DNA of 64,000 nucleotides from NCBI GenBank assembly GCA_947650795.1, contig CANSWR010000001.1, positions 272 through 64,271 of the forward strand. The letters run 5' to 3'. Below the pieces are notes generated by a model. The model saw only the letters and a list, made by a program, of their open reading frames with translations, searched no databases and was not told the DNA's origin. The position numbers and the translations under genes were made by a program. This document shows positions 29,654 to 39,839 of the stretch, one piece after another (positions within the stretch are counted from its first letter, which is position 1; every line of letters begins with the position of its first letter). This DNA comes from an uncultured Bacillota bacterium (GTDB lineage Bacteria > Bacillota_I > Bacilli_A > RF39 > UBA660).

Positions 29654-30781
29654 TTATAAAGATTCTAATGCATTAATTAATAAATCAATATCATTTTTTG
29701 TATTAAAGTAATTTAAACTAATTCTTACAGTACCATTATACTCCATAGAGCCAATAAAGTCATGTATTAACGGTGCACAATGATACCCAGTCCTTACGTA
29801 TATACTATATTCATCATCTAAAATAGATCCAACATCATCTGATGAATAATTATTTATTCCTATAGATACCATGCCAAATATACTCTCATATTTATCTGGT
29901 AAAAATAATTTAACTTTTTTTAATGTTTTTAATTTTTCAATTAAATAATCAGTCAACTCTTTTTCATGATTATAAATATCAACATTATTAAGCCAATCAA
30001 TACTTGCATCTAATCCACAAATAGCTACAATATTTGGGCTTCCAGCTTCATATCCATCAGGTATTGTATCTGGCATATTTGGGTTCATTGTGTCAGAACC
30101 AGTTCCACCAAAAAGACTTTGTTTCAATTTATCGCTTTTTAATTTAATATAACCAGCTATACCAAATGATGCATATAAAGATTTATGTCCAGCAAAAACT
30201 ATATAATTAATATCTTCACTATTCTTAATAGGAACAATTCCGTATCCCTGTGAAGCATCAAGTATATTTATAGAATTATATTTTTTTGTTAATTGAAATA
30301 TTTTATCATAAGGTAACACATATCCTGTAACATTACTTACTTGTGAAAGAAAAATAGCTGCCGGATTATGTATTGCAAACATATCACTAATTTTATCATA
30401 ATTAGGTTTCCAAGTTTGTTTATCAAAAGGAAGTGTTTCAATATTAATATGTATTCTTTTCTTTAATTCTTCCAATGGTCTAACTATTGAATTATGCTCA
30501 AAAGGTGAAATATAAACATAATCATTTTCTTTTAACTCTATTCCAAATATTAAATCATTCAATGCTACAGTTGCAGAATTTGTATAGATAACTTTTGCAT
30601 TTTTAATATTATTTAACTTTAGTATTTTATTTCTAACAGTCTCTTTTGCTTCAGATGCCTCTCTAGCACATTTATAGCTTCCTCTACCTGTATTAAATGC
30701 ATTTCTATTTGCTTTATCGAGTGCTATGTACACATTTTCAGGTTTGGGATATGTTGTTGCCGCATTATCTAAATATATCAT
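29654..30781 (-). CDS. Group II cysteine desulfurase (DndA/SspA-like sulfur donor for DNA phosphorothioation)
   Basis: Class-V aminotransferase fold. PLP-lysine motif FAGHKSL. Active-site Cys in RTGYHCAP (SufS/CsdA-type). Confidence 0.8.
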   Translation of the reverse strand: MIYLDNAATTYPKPENVYIALDKANRNAFNTGRGSYKCAREASEAKETVRNKILKLNNIKNAKVIYTNSATVALNDLIFGIELKENDYVYISPFEHNSIVRPLEELKKRIHINIETLPFDKQTWKPNYDKISDMFAIHNPAAIFLSQVSNVTGYVLPYDKIFQLTKKYNSINILDASQGYGIVPIKNSEDINYIVFAGHKSLYASFGIAGYIKLKSDKLKQSLFGGTGSDTMNPNMPDTIPDGYEAGSPNIVAICGLDASIDWLNNVDIYNHEKELTDYLIEKLKTLKKVKLFLPDKYESIFGMVSIGINNYSSDDVGSILDDEYSIYVRTGYHCAPLIHDFIGSMEYNGTVRISLNYFNTKNDIDLLINALESL

Positions 30782-30789
30782 ATCTCACC

Positions 30790-33700
30790 TCACATATATT
30801 TTTTCATAATATCAATTAATACACTTATTTTTTCTTGTTCTGTTAATGAATCACCATATTCATTTATTATTTCTTCAATATTATTTTTCATTGTATTTCC
30901 TAATGCTGATAATTCATCACTGTTTGATAAATATTTTTCTATTTTTTCATCGCCACTTATTAAAGTAATTTTATTTGAACTATCAACACTGTTTTGATCT
31001 AATTCATTAATATTATTAATTATTTTTTCTAATTCTTCTTTAAAATTATTTATCTCATTAGGTTGCCAGTCTTCAATATAGAAACCTGTTACTATTTTTG
31101 ATATTTTTTCAATTATGTCATTTTCATCATGAGTAGTTAGTTCTTTAACATATTCAATTAGTTCTCTAGTCTTAATATCAAAAATCATATTAGATGATTC
31201 TAATTCATTATCAATTAACCAATCCTTTAATAGCGAATTTAAACTTCCCTTGTGATTTTTGTTAAATATTTCCTTAGTTTCCTTTATTACATACTCACAA
31301 TAAGAATTCATAAAACTATCAAAAGTTTGCTTCATATCCTTTATTAATTCTTTTATTTCTTCATAATTATTTGTACCAAATATTTCAATCAATTTTTGAT
31401 ATATAAATTCATTATTATTGATATCTGGTCTTAATAATTCATTTTTAATGATAATATATTTATCATTTATATTTAAATAATTGTAATCATTTGAATATTC
31501 TCTCAAAATTCTTGGTAAAGACAAAATCCATCTTCTCATTCCATCAACCAATTTTTTTAGATTAATTCTTTGATTATCAAGATTAGGAATATCATATATA
31601 TACATCAAATTTGATAAATATTTAATTTTGTCTGTTGTACCTTTTTCAGTTAAAATGTAATATTTTTCTGGATTATCATTTATTTTTATTAAATTATTGG
31701 CATCTAGATCTATTTCTTTATTCATAAAATAAATAATAATAATATCTGAATAATTGTAAAGAGCTATTGATAATAATATAGGAATAATTCCCTTTCTAAT
31801 ACTATAAGGTTTTGATTCTAATTTTTTATATAATTCACTAAAGCTCAATTTTTGGTTTTCACTATTTTCAACAAACGAATTTATTATCTTTAAAACTTCT
31901 TTAATTGATGATGTATTCTTTTTATCTACGATTGCTTTATAAATAGTAGCTTCAGCACTTGTCTTACTTTTTATTAAGGATAAGTCATTATTTAATACAG
32001 TATCAATTACAATATCTCTTGCTTTTTTTATTGGAGCGGATAGTTCTCTTTTATTTATCATTTCATTGTTGACTATAGGTGTTTTTGAATATATATCAAA
32101 GCATATATTAGATAAATATGAACTCAAATTTGTAACATTTTTATTTTTATTATTCATATATAAATATTCTTGTATGTTATCTGATGAAAAATATATTGAT
32201 AATTGTTCTATGAGTACTTCCATAGTTTCTTTCTTTATTAAAGAAAGTTCGTTATTAGTTTCGTCATTTTCTTTATTATTAATTAAATATTCTATCGATT
32301 TATACTCTCTTAATAATGAAACAATATTTTTAGGAAATATAGTTTTAGGTATTCTTAATACTACTCTATCATTTTTTAATTCAATAAAATGATCAATTAT
32401 ACTTTGTACATTTCTTGAATTCCTTATTAGATTAATAATAACACCATCGCAATAATTATTTTCAAATAAAATATCTAGATTTTTAATAGATAATAGTTCT
32501 TCTTCTGTCATATAAACATTATCAAAAAATCTTGTAATTTTAAATTCTTCATTATATCTACGTGGAAGAGAATATTTTTTTGTTTCTACCTCATTAATTA
32601 AATCTTTAATATTAATATCATAAAATTGATTTTCACTTAGTCTTTTAATTTCTTTAGATAATTCTCTATTGTATATATTAGTAAAATCAAGTTCATTTGT
32701 AATTTTTCTTCGTTTTATTATGCTTTTATCTATTAGTTTATTAATTATTTCTTCATATTTTGAAGAAGCCATATCAACTGATAATCTCAAAGTATTATCA
32801 TCAGGAACAAGTATTTCAGTCTCATTAATCATATAAATAATAGATAATGATTTAATTAAATCTTTTTCTTCTAACTCGTTGCATTTTGCTAAAGCATTTT
32901 CTGTCTTTAACCAAATATTCCTAATAACATCTGTTGTTTCTTTTTTGAAAAGAGGTCTAAAATAATCATATATCTTGCTAACATTAAATAATCCTTTACT
33001 GTTATTTGAAATAAAATACTTTAGTCCATTTTGATCATCATCAGTTAAAAACGTAAATAATGTTCTTTCATTTTGAGCTATTTTTTCAGATAATTGTATA
33101 AGACAGTATACTGTTAATGGATTTAATGGATAACATCCTCTATATAGAATATCTTCAATCTTATCTACATTTTTAAATATTGTTAATGATTTTATTTCAT
33201 CATATGTGTTTAAATATTTATTATAAAATGTATCAAATATTTCATCATATCCATCTTTTTTATTTAGAGCATATGAAACTATTTCATAGTTTTGCTCAAT
33301 ACTTCTATTAAAATATAATTCTTTAAATCTTCCTTCAACTGTTTTAAAAGCATTTAATTTGTCTTCTGTTAAATTTTTTGCATATTGATTGATTGTTTTA
33401 TGTGTTATACAACTTAAATGTATTTGTTCTGTTTCTCCAGTTCTATTTGCTAATTCAGCAAAATCTTGTAGTAATTTTAAGTCTTTCATCATATGTGAAT
33501 TTTCAACATATTCTAAAAATTTACTGAATTCATCAAATACAATGAACATTCCAGAATATCCATATTCAGTTATTTCGTGAGCCATATCTTTATATATTTT
33601 AACAATATCTGAATTAACTAATGGATTAAATTCTTGTCCATGTAATATACAACTATATACATTTTTAAATATTGCATAGTATTCTTCAGAATAATTTTTT

Positions 33701-34299
33701 AATCCCTGCTTTAAGTCTTTAAATGAACAATTATATTCAGATAAACATTTTTTAATTTCACTTATTACATCTTTATATTCATCTTCCCATTTTAAGATAA
33801 CTTTTAATGCAATATCAAAATAGGTATTTACTACTATAGATGAAAGTTTTTCTCTTTCTAATGACTCTGATAAAGCTAATAAGAATGCCTGATTTAAATC
33901 ACCATAATTACTATTAATGATAATTGGCATTAACTTAGTTTTTGTATCTCGTATATTTTTAATTAATTCATATGTATCGGAATCTACTTTTTTTATTTTA
34001 TTTAAAAAGATATCAATATCCTTTTTGTCTTCAGTATTATAGTTATTTAATAATGTGATAAGAACAAGTAATAAATGAGATTTACCTTTTCCATATGGGC
34101 CAATTAATGTAGTTGCTCTATTCTTAGAATTTAATACACTATTAAAATACTGGCCTAATAATTCACAACCATCTTTTGTGGGAATATACTCATTAATTTT
34201 TGATATGTTATTAATATCAAATTGCAAATTAACAGAGTATTGAAAATTCTCATTAACACTTATATAGTCTTTGTATTTCATACTATACACCTCATTCAA
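30790..34299 (-). CDS. Large P-loop ATPase of the DUF499-like class (SspC/BrxC-like)
   Basis: Walker A near the N-terminus: LIGPYGKGKSHLLLVL. 1169 aa, helical. Lies in the operon between the 281-aa gene and the desulfurase, as sspC does in sspABCD loci. No methyltransferase, PglZ or Lon nearby, so a BREX assignment is disfavoured. Confidence 0.5.
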   Translation of the reverse strand: MNEVYSMKYKDYISVNENFQYSVNLQFDINNISKINEYIPTKDGCELLGQYFNSVLNSKNRATTLIGPYGKGKSHLLLVLITLLNNYNTEDKKDIDIFLNKIKKVDSDTYELIKNIRDTKTKLMPIIINSNYGDLNQAFLLALSESLEREKLSSIVVNTYFDIALKVILKWEDEYKDVISEIKKCLSEYNCSFKDLKQGLKNYSEEYYAIFKNVYSCILHGQEFNPLVNSDIVKIYKDMAHEITEYGYSGMFIVFDEFSKFLEYVENSHMMKDLKLLQDFAELANRTGETEQIHLSCITHKTINQYAKNLTEDKLNAFKTVEGRFKELYFNRSIEQNYEIVSYALNKKDGYDEIFDTFYNKYLNTYDEIKSLTIFKNVDKIEDILYRGCYPLNPLTVYCLIQLSEKIAQNERTLFTFLTDDDQNGLKYFISNNSKGLFNVSKIYDYFRPLFKKETTDVIRNIWLKTENALAKCNELEEKDLIKSLSIIYMINETEILVPDDNTLRLSVDMASSKYEEIINKLIDKSIIKRRKITNELDFTNIYNRELSKEIKRLSENQFYDINIKDLINEVETKKYSLPRRYNEEFKITRFFDNVYMTEEELLSIKNLDILFENNYCDGVIINLIRNSRNVQSIIDHFIELKNDRVVLRIPKTIFPKNIVSLLREYKSIEYLINNKENDETNNELSLIKKETMEVLIEQLSIYFSSDNIQEYLYMNNKNKNVTNLSSYLSNICFDIYSKTPIVNNEMINKRELSAPIKKARDIVIDTVLNNDLSLIKSKTSAEATIYKAIVDKKNTSSIKEVLKIINSFVENSENQKLSFSELYKKLESKPYSIRKGIIPILLSIALYNYSDIIIIYFMNKEIDLDANNLIKINDNPEKYYILTEKGTTDKIKYLSNLMYIYDIPNLDNQRINLKKLVDGMRRWILSLPRILREYSNDYNYLNINDKYIIIKNELLRPDINNNEFIYQKLIEIFGTNNYEEIKELIKDMKQTFDSFMNSYCEYVIKETKEIFNKNHKGSLNSLLKDWLIDNELESSNMIFDIKTRELIEYVKELTTHDENDIIEKISKIVTGFYIEDWQPNEINNFKEELEKIINNINELDQNSVDSSNKITLISGDEKIEKYLSNSDELSALGNTMKNNIEEIINEYGDSLTEQEKISVLIDIMKKYM

Positions 34300-35137
34300 A
34301 ATGTTCTTTCATAATCTCATCAATTGACATTTTTGTCGTAAAATAAATCATATTCAATCCAGCAGTTCTATTAATAACGATTAAATCTTGTTTTTTCATT
34401 TCATCTAAATATTCATTTATTAGATTTTTATCTAAATTTAATAGTTTAGCTGGGCTATTATCTAATTTTATTAAGTCATCAATACTTAAATAATCTTTAT
34501 CCTCAGATAAAATAACCATCAAATAATAAACAATCAAATAATTTAAATTTCTAAAATCCGGTTTTACTCTTTCATAGGCATTTATATCCACTTTTTTAAT
34601 TAGATTTAATTCAGATAAAGGACAAATAAAATTATTTTCTGGATTATCGATTTTTTCATCAATAGAATATGTTTTTATAATCATATTAACTTCATCTTGT
34701 AAAATATTCTCACTATATTCTAATTTATTATTATTTAAAATTTGTGATATTTGTTCAAAAATATCTCTTTTTGAAAACACTTTCATTGTACATTTATTAA
34801 AAAACAAGTTATAAATATATGAATCTTCAATATTTAAAATCATTTTAATATGTATTAACCACCATGAAAAATTATCTTCTAAATATGGATCATATTTATC
34901 AATTAATTCACCAAACTTAGATAATGTGATAGAACGATTATTTTCTTCAATAAGACAAGTTGCAGACATCCAATATTTTAAGGATTTAACCATATTTGTA
35001 CCAATGCCTAATATATCTGTTGCATCAGCAGAAGAAAATGCTTTAGAATCTTCTTTTATTGTTCTAATCCCTTTTGCTAACCATCCCTCTCTAATTGAAA
35101 AACTTTCATGTCTTTTCATTTTTACTTTATTAATCAT
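34292..35137 (-). CDS. 281-aa protein in the position and size of SspB (DUF4007-like candidate DNA nicking/targeting subunit)
   Basis: Overlaps the downstream ATPase gene by 8 nt and follows the PAPS-reductase gene by 4 nt. Assigned from context and size only. Confidence 0.3.
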   Translation of the reverse strand: MINKVKMKRHESFSIREGWLAKGIRTIKEDSKAFSSADATDILGIGTNMVKSLKYWMSATCLIEENNRSITLSKFGELIDKYDPYLEDNFSWWLIHIKMILNIEDSYIYNLFFNKCTMKVFSKRDIFEQISQILNNNKLEYSENILQDEVNMIIKTYSIDEKIDNPENNFICPLSELNLIKKVDINAYERVKPDFRNLNYLIVYYLMVILSEDKDYLSIDDLIKLDNSPAKLLNLDKNLINEYLDEMKKQDLIVINRTAGLNMIYFTTKMSIDEIMKEHFE

Positions 35138-35141
35138 AGTT

Positions 35142-36893
35142 TTACTCCTTATCTTGTTTAGTTCTTAATACCTTTTTCATATAGCATCCACCACTAAAAT
35201 GTTTAACACATTCTAAACATCCTATACACTTCTTTTCATTTATCGTATATGATATATCAAATTTTTCTCCATCTTGTTTATTATTATGTTTAATTGTAAT
35301 TGCATCATATTTGCAAACACTTTCACAAGCCATACATCCAATACATGTTTGAAATTTTGTAATTTGGTTTTTTATAAGCATTTCACGAATTTTAGGATTG
35401 CTAAATACTTTAGTTTCCTTTAAAACAGAAACCTTTAAAAGTTTTTGTCCTACTTTACCAGTTAATTTTAATATTGGCTCTTTCGTTCTTTTATCTAAGA
35501 TATATACTTCTCCTAATCTCTTATTTCCAATATTAAAATCAAGTAATCCAAATGGCTTGAACAATTCGTACAATGTGTCATTAATTGGTTTATTTAAATC
35601 AAAATTAAATGCATTTTCTTCTAATACACAAGGTTTAAAAGATAGTATTGCATTTTCACTATAATTTAATCCATTCCCACCTTGTCTGGCTTTCCATCCA
35701 CCAGAAGAAATATATTCTTTTGGATCTGGTTTGCCGATTTGTGCAGCAAAATCTAATAATATATCATGAAATTTAATATATTCATCTTCCATATATATAC
35801 TGGATAAATATTCAGACCAATAGGAATTATTTGGGCAACACCAGCATCCAACCCTTGAAAATCCTTTTCTATAGGCACTATTAAATGGTATTTTTCTTGT
35901 TAATATATATAGCCACACATCAAAATCCATCCAGTCAATAATTGGTGCTACTGTTTCTTGCTTAGTTATTTTTGCACCTTTACTCTCCCTATCATATTTA
36001 CTACGAGCAATTGATTCGTTTCTCCTTAATCCTTGAAAAGTTAAAATTTTAGTTTTATTTTTAAAAGTTGCATCTATTTTTCTAGTAATGGAGCCTGTTT
36101 TGAAAATAGTACAACACCATCTCATCATTCTACTTGGAGGGCCTATAACTTTGCATAATTCATTAAAATTCTGTTCTTTATTTTTCGCTACAAGTAAAGG
36201 TGTTGTAGGGTGTATTTTTTTGAATTCTTGTAAATAATCTCCTGTCTCAGGATATTCAAGAGTTGTATCTCCATAGATGTGTATTATCTTATCTGTTCCC
36301 AATGAATTCATTACCAAATCACTTGTTACCGTAGAATCTTTACCACCTGAAAAAGAAACAAACATTGAATCTACATTGTATTTTTTTGAAATGTTTTTTA
36401 TGTAATCATGTGCTTCAGTAACAATTGAGCTATATCTGACACTATTTGCTTCAATGAATTTTCTTATATATGATTCTTCATAAAATGACTCAACATATTT
36501 TTGATTTTCTTTTTCGTTTTCTTGAATTATTTTTTTAACATCTTTATAATTAATATTATTAACAATATTTTTTACAGAAAATTTTATTTTTTCACCATTT
36601 ACAAAATAATAATTACCAGAAGTATTCCATACTGACTTTCCCACATATTTAAAAGGTTCTTTTTCAATAGCCTCTAATAATAATCTTTCTTGAGGAAATA
36701 CAGGCCTTATATCTGTTCCTATATACTCGGATTTCTTTCCACATATAGAGCAAACATTGTCAAATAAAGGTATATTACAATGTTTGCAATAATATATTTC
36801 AGATTTATCAATATAAGTTCTATTATTGCATACAGGACAGGTACTTGATTCACATATTAAATTGTCACAGTTACTACATACATATTTAATCAC
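35142..36893 (-). CDS. PAPS-reductase/ATP-pyrophosphatase family protein (DndC/SspD-like) with N-terminal 4xCxxC zinc ribbons and C-terminal double [4Fe-4S] ferredoxin motif
   Basis: PP-loop FVSFSGGKDSTVTSDL. N-terminal CSNC...CPVC...CKHC...CSIC. C-terminal CIGCMACESVC and CIGCLECVKHFSGGC. Confidence 0.75.
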   Translation of the reverse strand: MIKYVCSNCDNLICESSTCPVCNNRTYIDKSEIYYCKHCNIPLFDNVCSICGKKSEYIGTDIRPVFPQERLLLEAIEKEPFKYVGKSVWNTSGNYYFVNGEKIKFSVKNIVNNINYKDVKKIIQENEKENQKYVESFYEESYIRKFIEANSVRYSSIVTEAHDYIKNISKKYNVDSMFVSFSGGKDSTVTSDLVMNSLGTDKIIHIYGDTTLEYPETGDYLQEFKKIHPTTPLLVAKNKEQNFNELCKVIGPPSRMMRWCCTIFKTGSITRKIDATFKNKTKILTFQGLRRNESIARSKYDRESKGAKITKQETVAPIIDWMDFDVWLYILTRKIPFNSAYRKGFSRVGCWCCPNNSYWSEYLSSIYMEDEYIKFHDILLDFAAQIGKPDPKEYISSGGWKARQGGNGLNYSENAILSFKPCVLEENAFNFDLNKPINDTLYELFKPFGLLDFNIGNKRLGEVYILDKRTKEPILKLTGKVGQKLLKVSVLKETKVFSNPKIREMLIKNQITKFQTCIGCMACESVCKYDAITIKHNNKQDGEKFDISYTINEKKCIGCLECVKHFSGGCYMKKVLRTKQDKE

Positions 36894-37017
36894 ACAATAT
36901 CCCTCCTATACATTTGCATCCTCTTAAATATTATATCATATTTTTTACTGGAGAAAAATATTTTTATTAAATGTTTCTCCAGTTTTTATTTTGCAAAAAA
37001 ATTAGTAGCAAAAGCTA

Positions 37018-39420
37018 CTAATCAATATATTGTAATATATCAAAATCATTAATATCCTCATCATAATAGTCTTTACTCCTGTAAACACAGTCGATAGAAT
37101 TATCAAAATAATATTTTTTCTTATCTATAAATTCTTTTATATAGTATTCATATAAATCAATGTTATATTTTTCAAGAATATCTTTTTTTATTTCGCTAAC
37201 AAATATTTTGTTTTTCGTTACAAAACTATTTATGAATTTCTCTCTTGTTGCTTGTTCATCTGTTTTAATAAATACTACATTATTTTTTACAGTGAAAGTT
37301 TTAATATTAGGTATTGTAGATATAATAGTTTCATAAAAACAATCAGGAAAATTATGATTTTTTAAATTAGTTAAAAAATTATCTTTGTCTAAAGTGTATA
37401 GATTAAAATACTCATTTTCAGAAATAACTTTTTCTATTTCATTGATAAATTCTTTTATATTATCTTTACTTATTCCTAGCTCATTTAATCTTTTTATTGT
37501 AATATATTTTTCATTTTCAATTTCAAACAAATCAAGATTATATATAAATTTGTATAAATAACTAGAAAAAGTTGAACCTATTTTTTTCATTTCAGGTTTT
37601 ATTTCATAATAATCATTATTTAAAATTATATTACGTAAATATCCTTCTAAATTAGTAATAGAACTTTTCATTATATAGTTTCCTCTTAGCTTATATCCTA
37701 ATTTAGACATATTTAGATTATTAATCAGTTTAAAATCATTTACATCAAATAAATCTGTCAACAATTCTTTTATAGTTAAAATAGAATATATATCTTCTGT
37801 CAATCTTTCTTTTAATATATCCATTTGCTCTTGAGTAAATTCAGGACATTCACTTATAATTTGACCATTAGTAATATATTTACTAAAATTGTTTACTAAC
37901 AAAGCTCTAAAGGTATTATTTTTATGTCCATAATTTTGATATGCATAATCAACGAATTCATCTAAACTAATAGGAGACAATTCATGAATAAGATTATCAA
38001 TAAAGGCATTTTTATCATCACAATCAATAAATATATCAGGCATTCTTGAATAAATAATTTTACCATTATAATTTCCAATAAATTTTCTTAATAAATTATG
38101 TAATTCATATTCATTCTTTATATTTATATTTTTCATTAATAATTCATTGTTATTAAAGAAAAACTCAGCTGAATAATCACCAGATTCTACTTCTAACATT
38201 TTCTGAAGAGCTTTAACATCATCCTCATCAAGAGCATCGATATCATAATATCTATAATATCTACCTGCATCGCATAAAACATAATTAGATCTATTTAGTA
38301 TTGAATCAATATTTCTAAAATCCGCCTCACTTATAAGTTCAACATCTAAATTATTAGACTTTATTATCTCATTATATTCATTCATAATTTCAGAGTATTC
38401 CATTACTTTATCTGAACGTTTTAATATAGCATTTAATATATTAATCTTTTTAACAACTATGTTTTCACCTTTATATGAAATTAAATTATATTTCTTTTTT
38501 AATATAGCTAATTGTCTTTTATCCAAATTCCAACTATCTATTAATTCAGAAGGTTCAGTATCTCCCATTTTATATTTTTCACGTAAATAATAATATATAT
38601 ATTCATTTACATTAAAAAATTCACAAAATAGTTCACAATCGAAATTATAGGTTTCAAATATTTCTCTGTATTTTTCTTCTTCTCTAGTTGTAACAAATTT
38701 TTTAATTTCTTTCTGAATTATTTGTCTGATTCTTTCTCTTGTAATATTATATTCACTACCTATAGATTCCAAAGTTCTTCCAGTTAATTTTTTCAAAACC
38801 ATATCTTTATGATTTGAATCTTTTATTTTTTGTAATTCTTCTTTTAGTCTAGGTTTAACTAATGAATAATTAAGGTCCTCTTTTTTTAAAACTTTTTTAT
38901 TCAAAAAATCATTTAATAAAAATGATAAATCAGATGTATCATAATTACATTTTAAAACTTCTTCTTCAAGTTGTTCATAATAAAAAATATCATAACCATA
39001 TATATTTTTTATTAATGTTAATAATAAGTTCGATGTTAATTTTAATTTAATATGATTATTCATAATAAATTCATTATAACTCTTCATTATTTTTCTAAAT
39101 GTTGAATCGCTAATATAATCCTTGTGAGCAAGATTATCATTAATATCATCTATTGAAATATTATTTTTCACCAATAATCCAGTTATAGTTTTAGACAACC
39201 CAAAATACATCAAATCATAAATGGAAAATGTCTGTTCGTTATTAACCAATTCGTAAATTATATTCTTAATTTCTTCGGCTCTTTCACTTTTTGTACCAAG
39301 AACCTCATTTAAGCAATTTGGATTATTAATAATGCTATCACAAGTGATATTATTTTCTTTTAATCTTAATGCTGTATTATAAGGTATTCCAAAATCACAT
39401 AGTCTAAATATTGAATGCAT
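37018..39420 (-). CDS. 800-aa protein with sigma-70 region-4-type HTH and two RNAP alpha-CTD-like helix-hairpin-helix modules
   Basis: Sigma r4-like segment LTGRTLESIGSEYNITRERIRQIIQKEIKKF. N-terminal HhH-like repeats (LCDFGIPYNTALRLKENNITCDSI; IYDLMYFGLSKTITGLLVKNNISIDDI). Separated from the defence operon by 124 bp. Confidence 0.4.
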   Translation of the reverse strand: MHSIFRLCDFGIPYNTALRLKENNITCDSIINNPNCLNEVLGTKSERAEEIKNIIYELVNNEQTFSIYDLMYFGLSKTITGLLVKNNISIDDINDNLAHKDYISDSTFRKIMKSYNEFIMNNHIKLKLTSNLLLTLIKNIYGYDIFYYEQLEEEVLKCNYDTSDLSFLLNDFLNKKVLKKEDLNYSLVKPRLKEELQKIKDSNHKDMVLKKLTGRTLESIGSEYNITRERIRQIIQKEIKKFVTTREEEKYREIFETYNFDCELFCEFFNVNEYIYYYLREKYKMGDTEPSELIDSWNLDKRQLAILKKKYNLISYKGENIVVKKINILNAILKRSDKVMEYSEIMNEYNEIIKSNNLDVELISEADFRNIDSILNRSNYVLCDAGRYYRYYDIDALDEDDVKALQKMLEVESGDYSAEFFFNNNELLMKNINIKNEYELHNLLRKFIGNYNGKIIYSRMPDIFIDCDDKNAFIDNLIHELSPISLDEFVDYAYQNYGHKNNTFRALLVNNFSKYITNGQIISECPEFTQEQMDILKERLTEDIYSILTIKELLTDLFDVNDFKLINNLNMSKLGYKLRGNYIMKSSITNLEGYLRNIILNNDYYEIKPEMKKIGSTFSSYLYKFIYNLDLFEIENEKYITIKRLNELGISKDNIKEFINEIEKVISENEYFNLYTLDKDNFLTNLKNHNFPDCFYETIISTIPNIKTFTVKNNVVFIKTDEQATREKFINSFVTKNKIFVSEIKKDILEKYNIDLYEYYIKEFIDKKKYYFDNSIDCVYRSKDYYDEDINDFDILQYID

Positions 39421-39491
39421 AAATTCACCTCCTAGTTCTAAATAGTTATATAATATCTACACATTTTTCTTTGTTATACAAAATATCAATG

Positions 39492-39725
39492 CTAATCATC
39501 TTCGTAATAATAATCGTCTTCCTCTAAATTCTCTTCTTCAAAATTCCAAGGTTCATATTCTCCTTTTTTTACTAATTCTTTTTGCCAATCTTCTAATCCA
39601 TATGCATCTAACTCTTTATCCGTGTAGTTGCTATTATTTTGTTGTTCCTCTATGAAAGAAAACAATCCAAATGCTTGTTGACTTTTCTTTTTGTTATTTC
39701 CAAATAAATCATCAAATAATCCCAT
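39492..39725 (-). CDS. Small highly acidic protein (77 aa)
   Basis: C-terminal EEENLEEDDYYYEDD tail. Lies between the 800-aa gene and the T4CP. Confidence 0.3.
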   Translation of the reverse strand: MGLFDDLFGNNKKKSQQAFGLFSFIEEQQNNSNYTDKELDAYGLEDWQKELVKKGEYEPWNFEEENLEEDDYYYEDD

Positions 39726-39839
39726 ATTATCACCATCTTAAAAATATCATTTTTTTATTTTCTTTTTCTACTAATGCCAAACAAAAACTGAATACTACTG
39801 CAATTATACCACAAAAAAAGGAGCTAGTCATCAGACTAG

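Noticed and set aside
30790-34299. BREX (BrxC/PglY) assignment for the 1169-aa P-loop ATPase
   Set aside because: No PglX methyltransferase, PglZ phosphatase, BrxA/B or BrxL is present anywhere in the operon. The flanking cysteine desulfurase and PAPS-reductase genes point to an Ssp-type phosphorothioation context instead.
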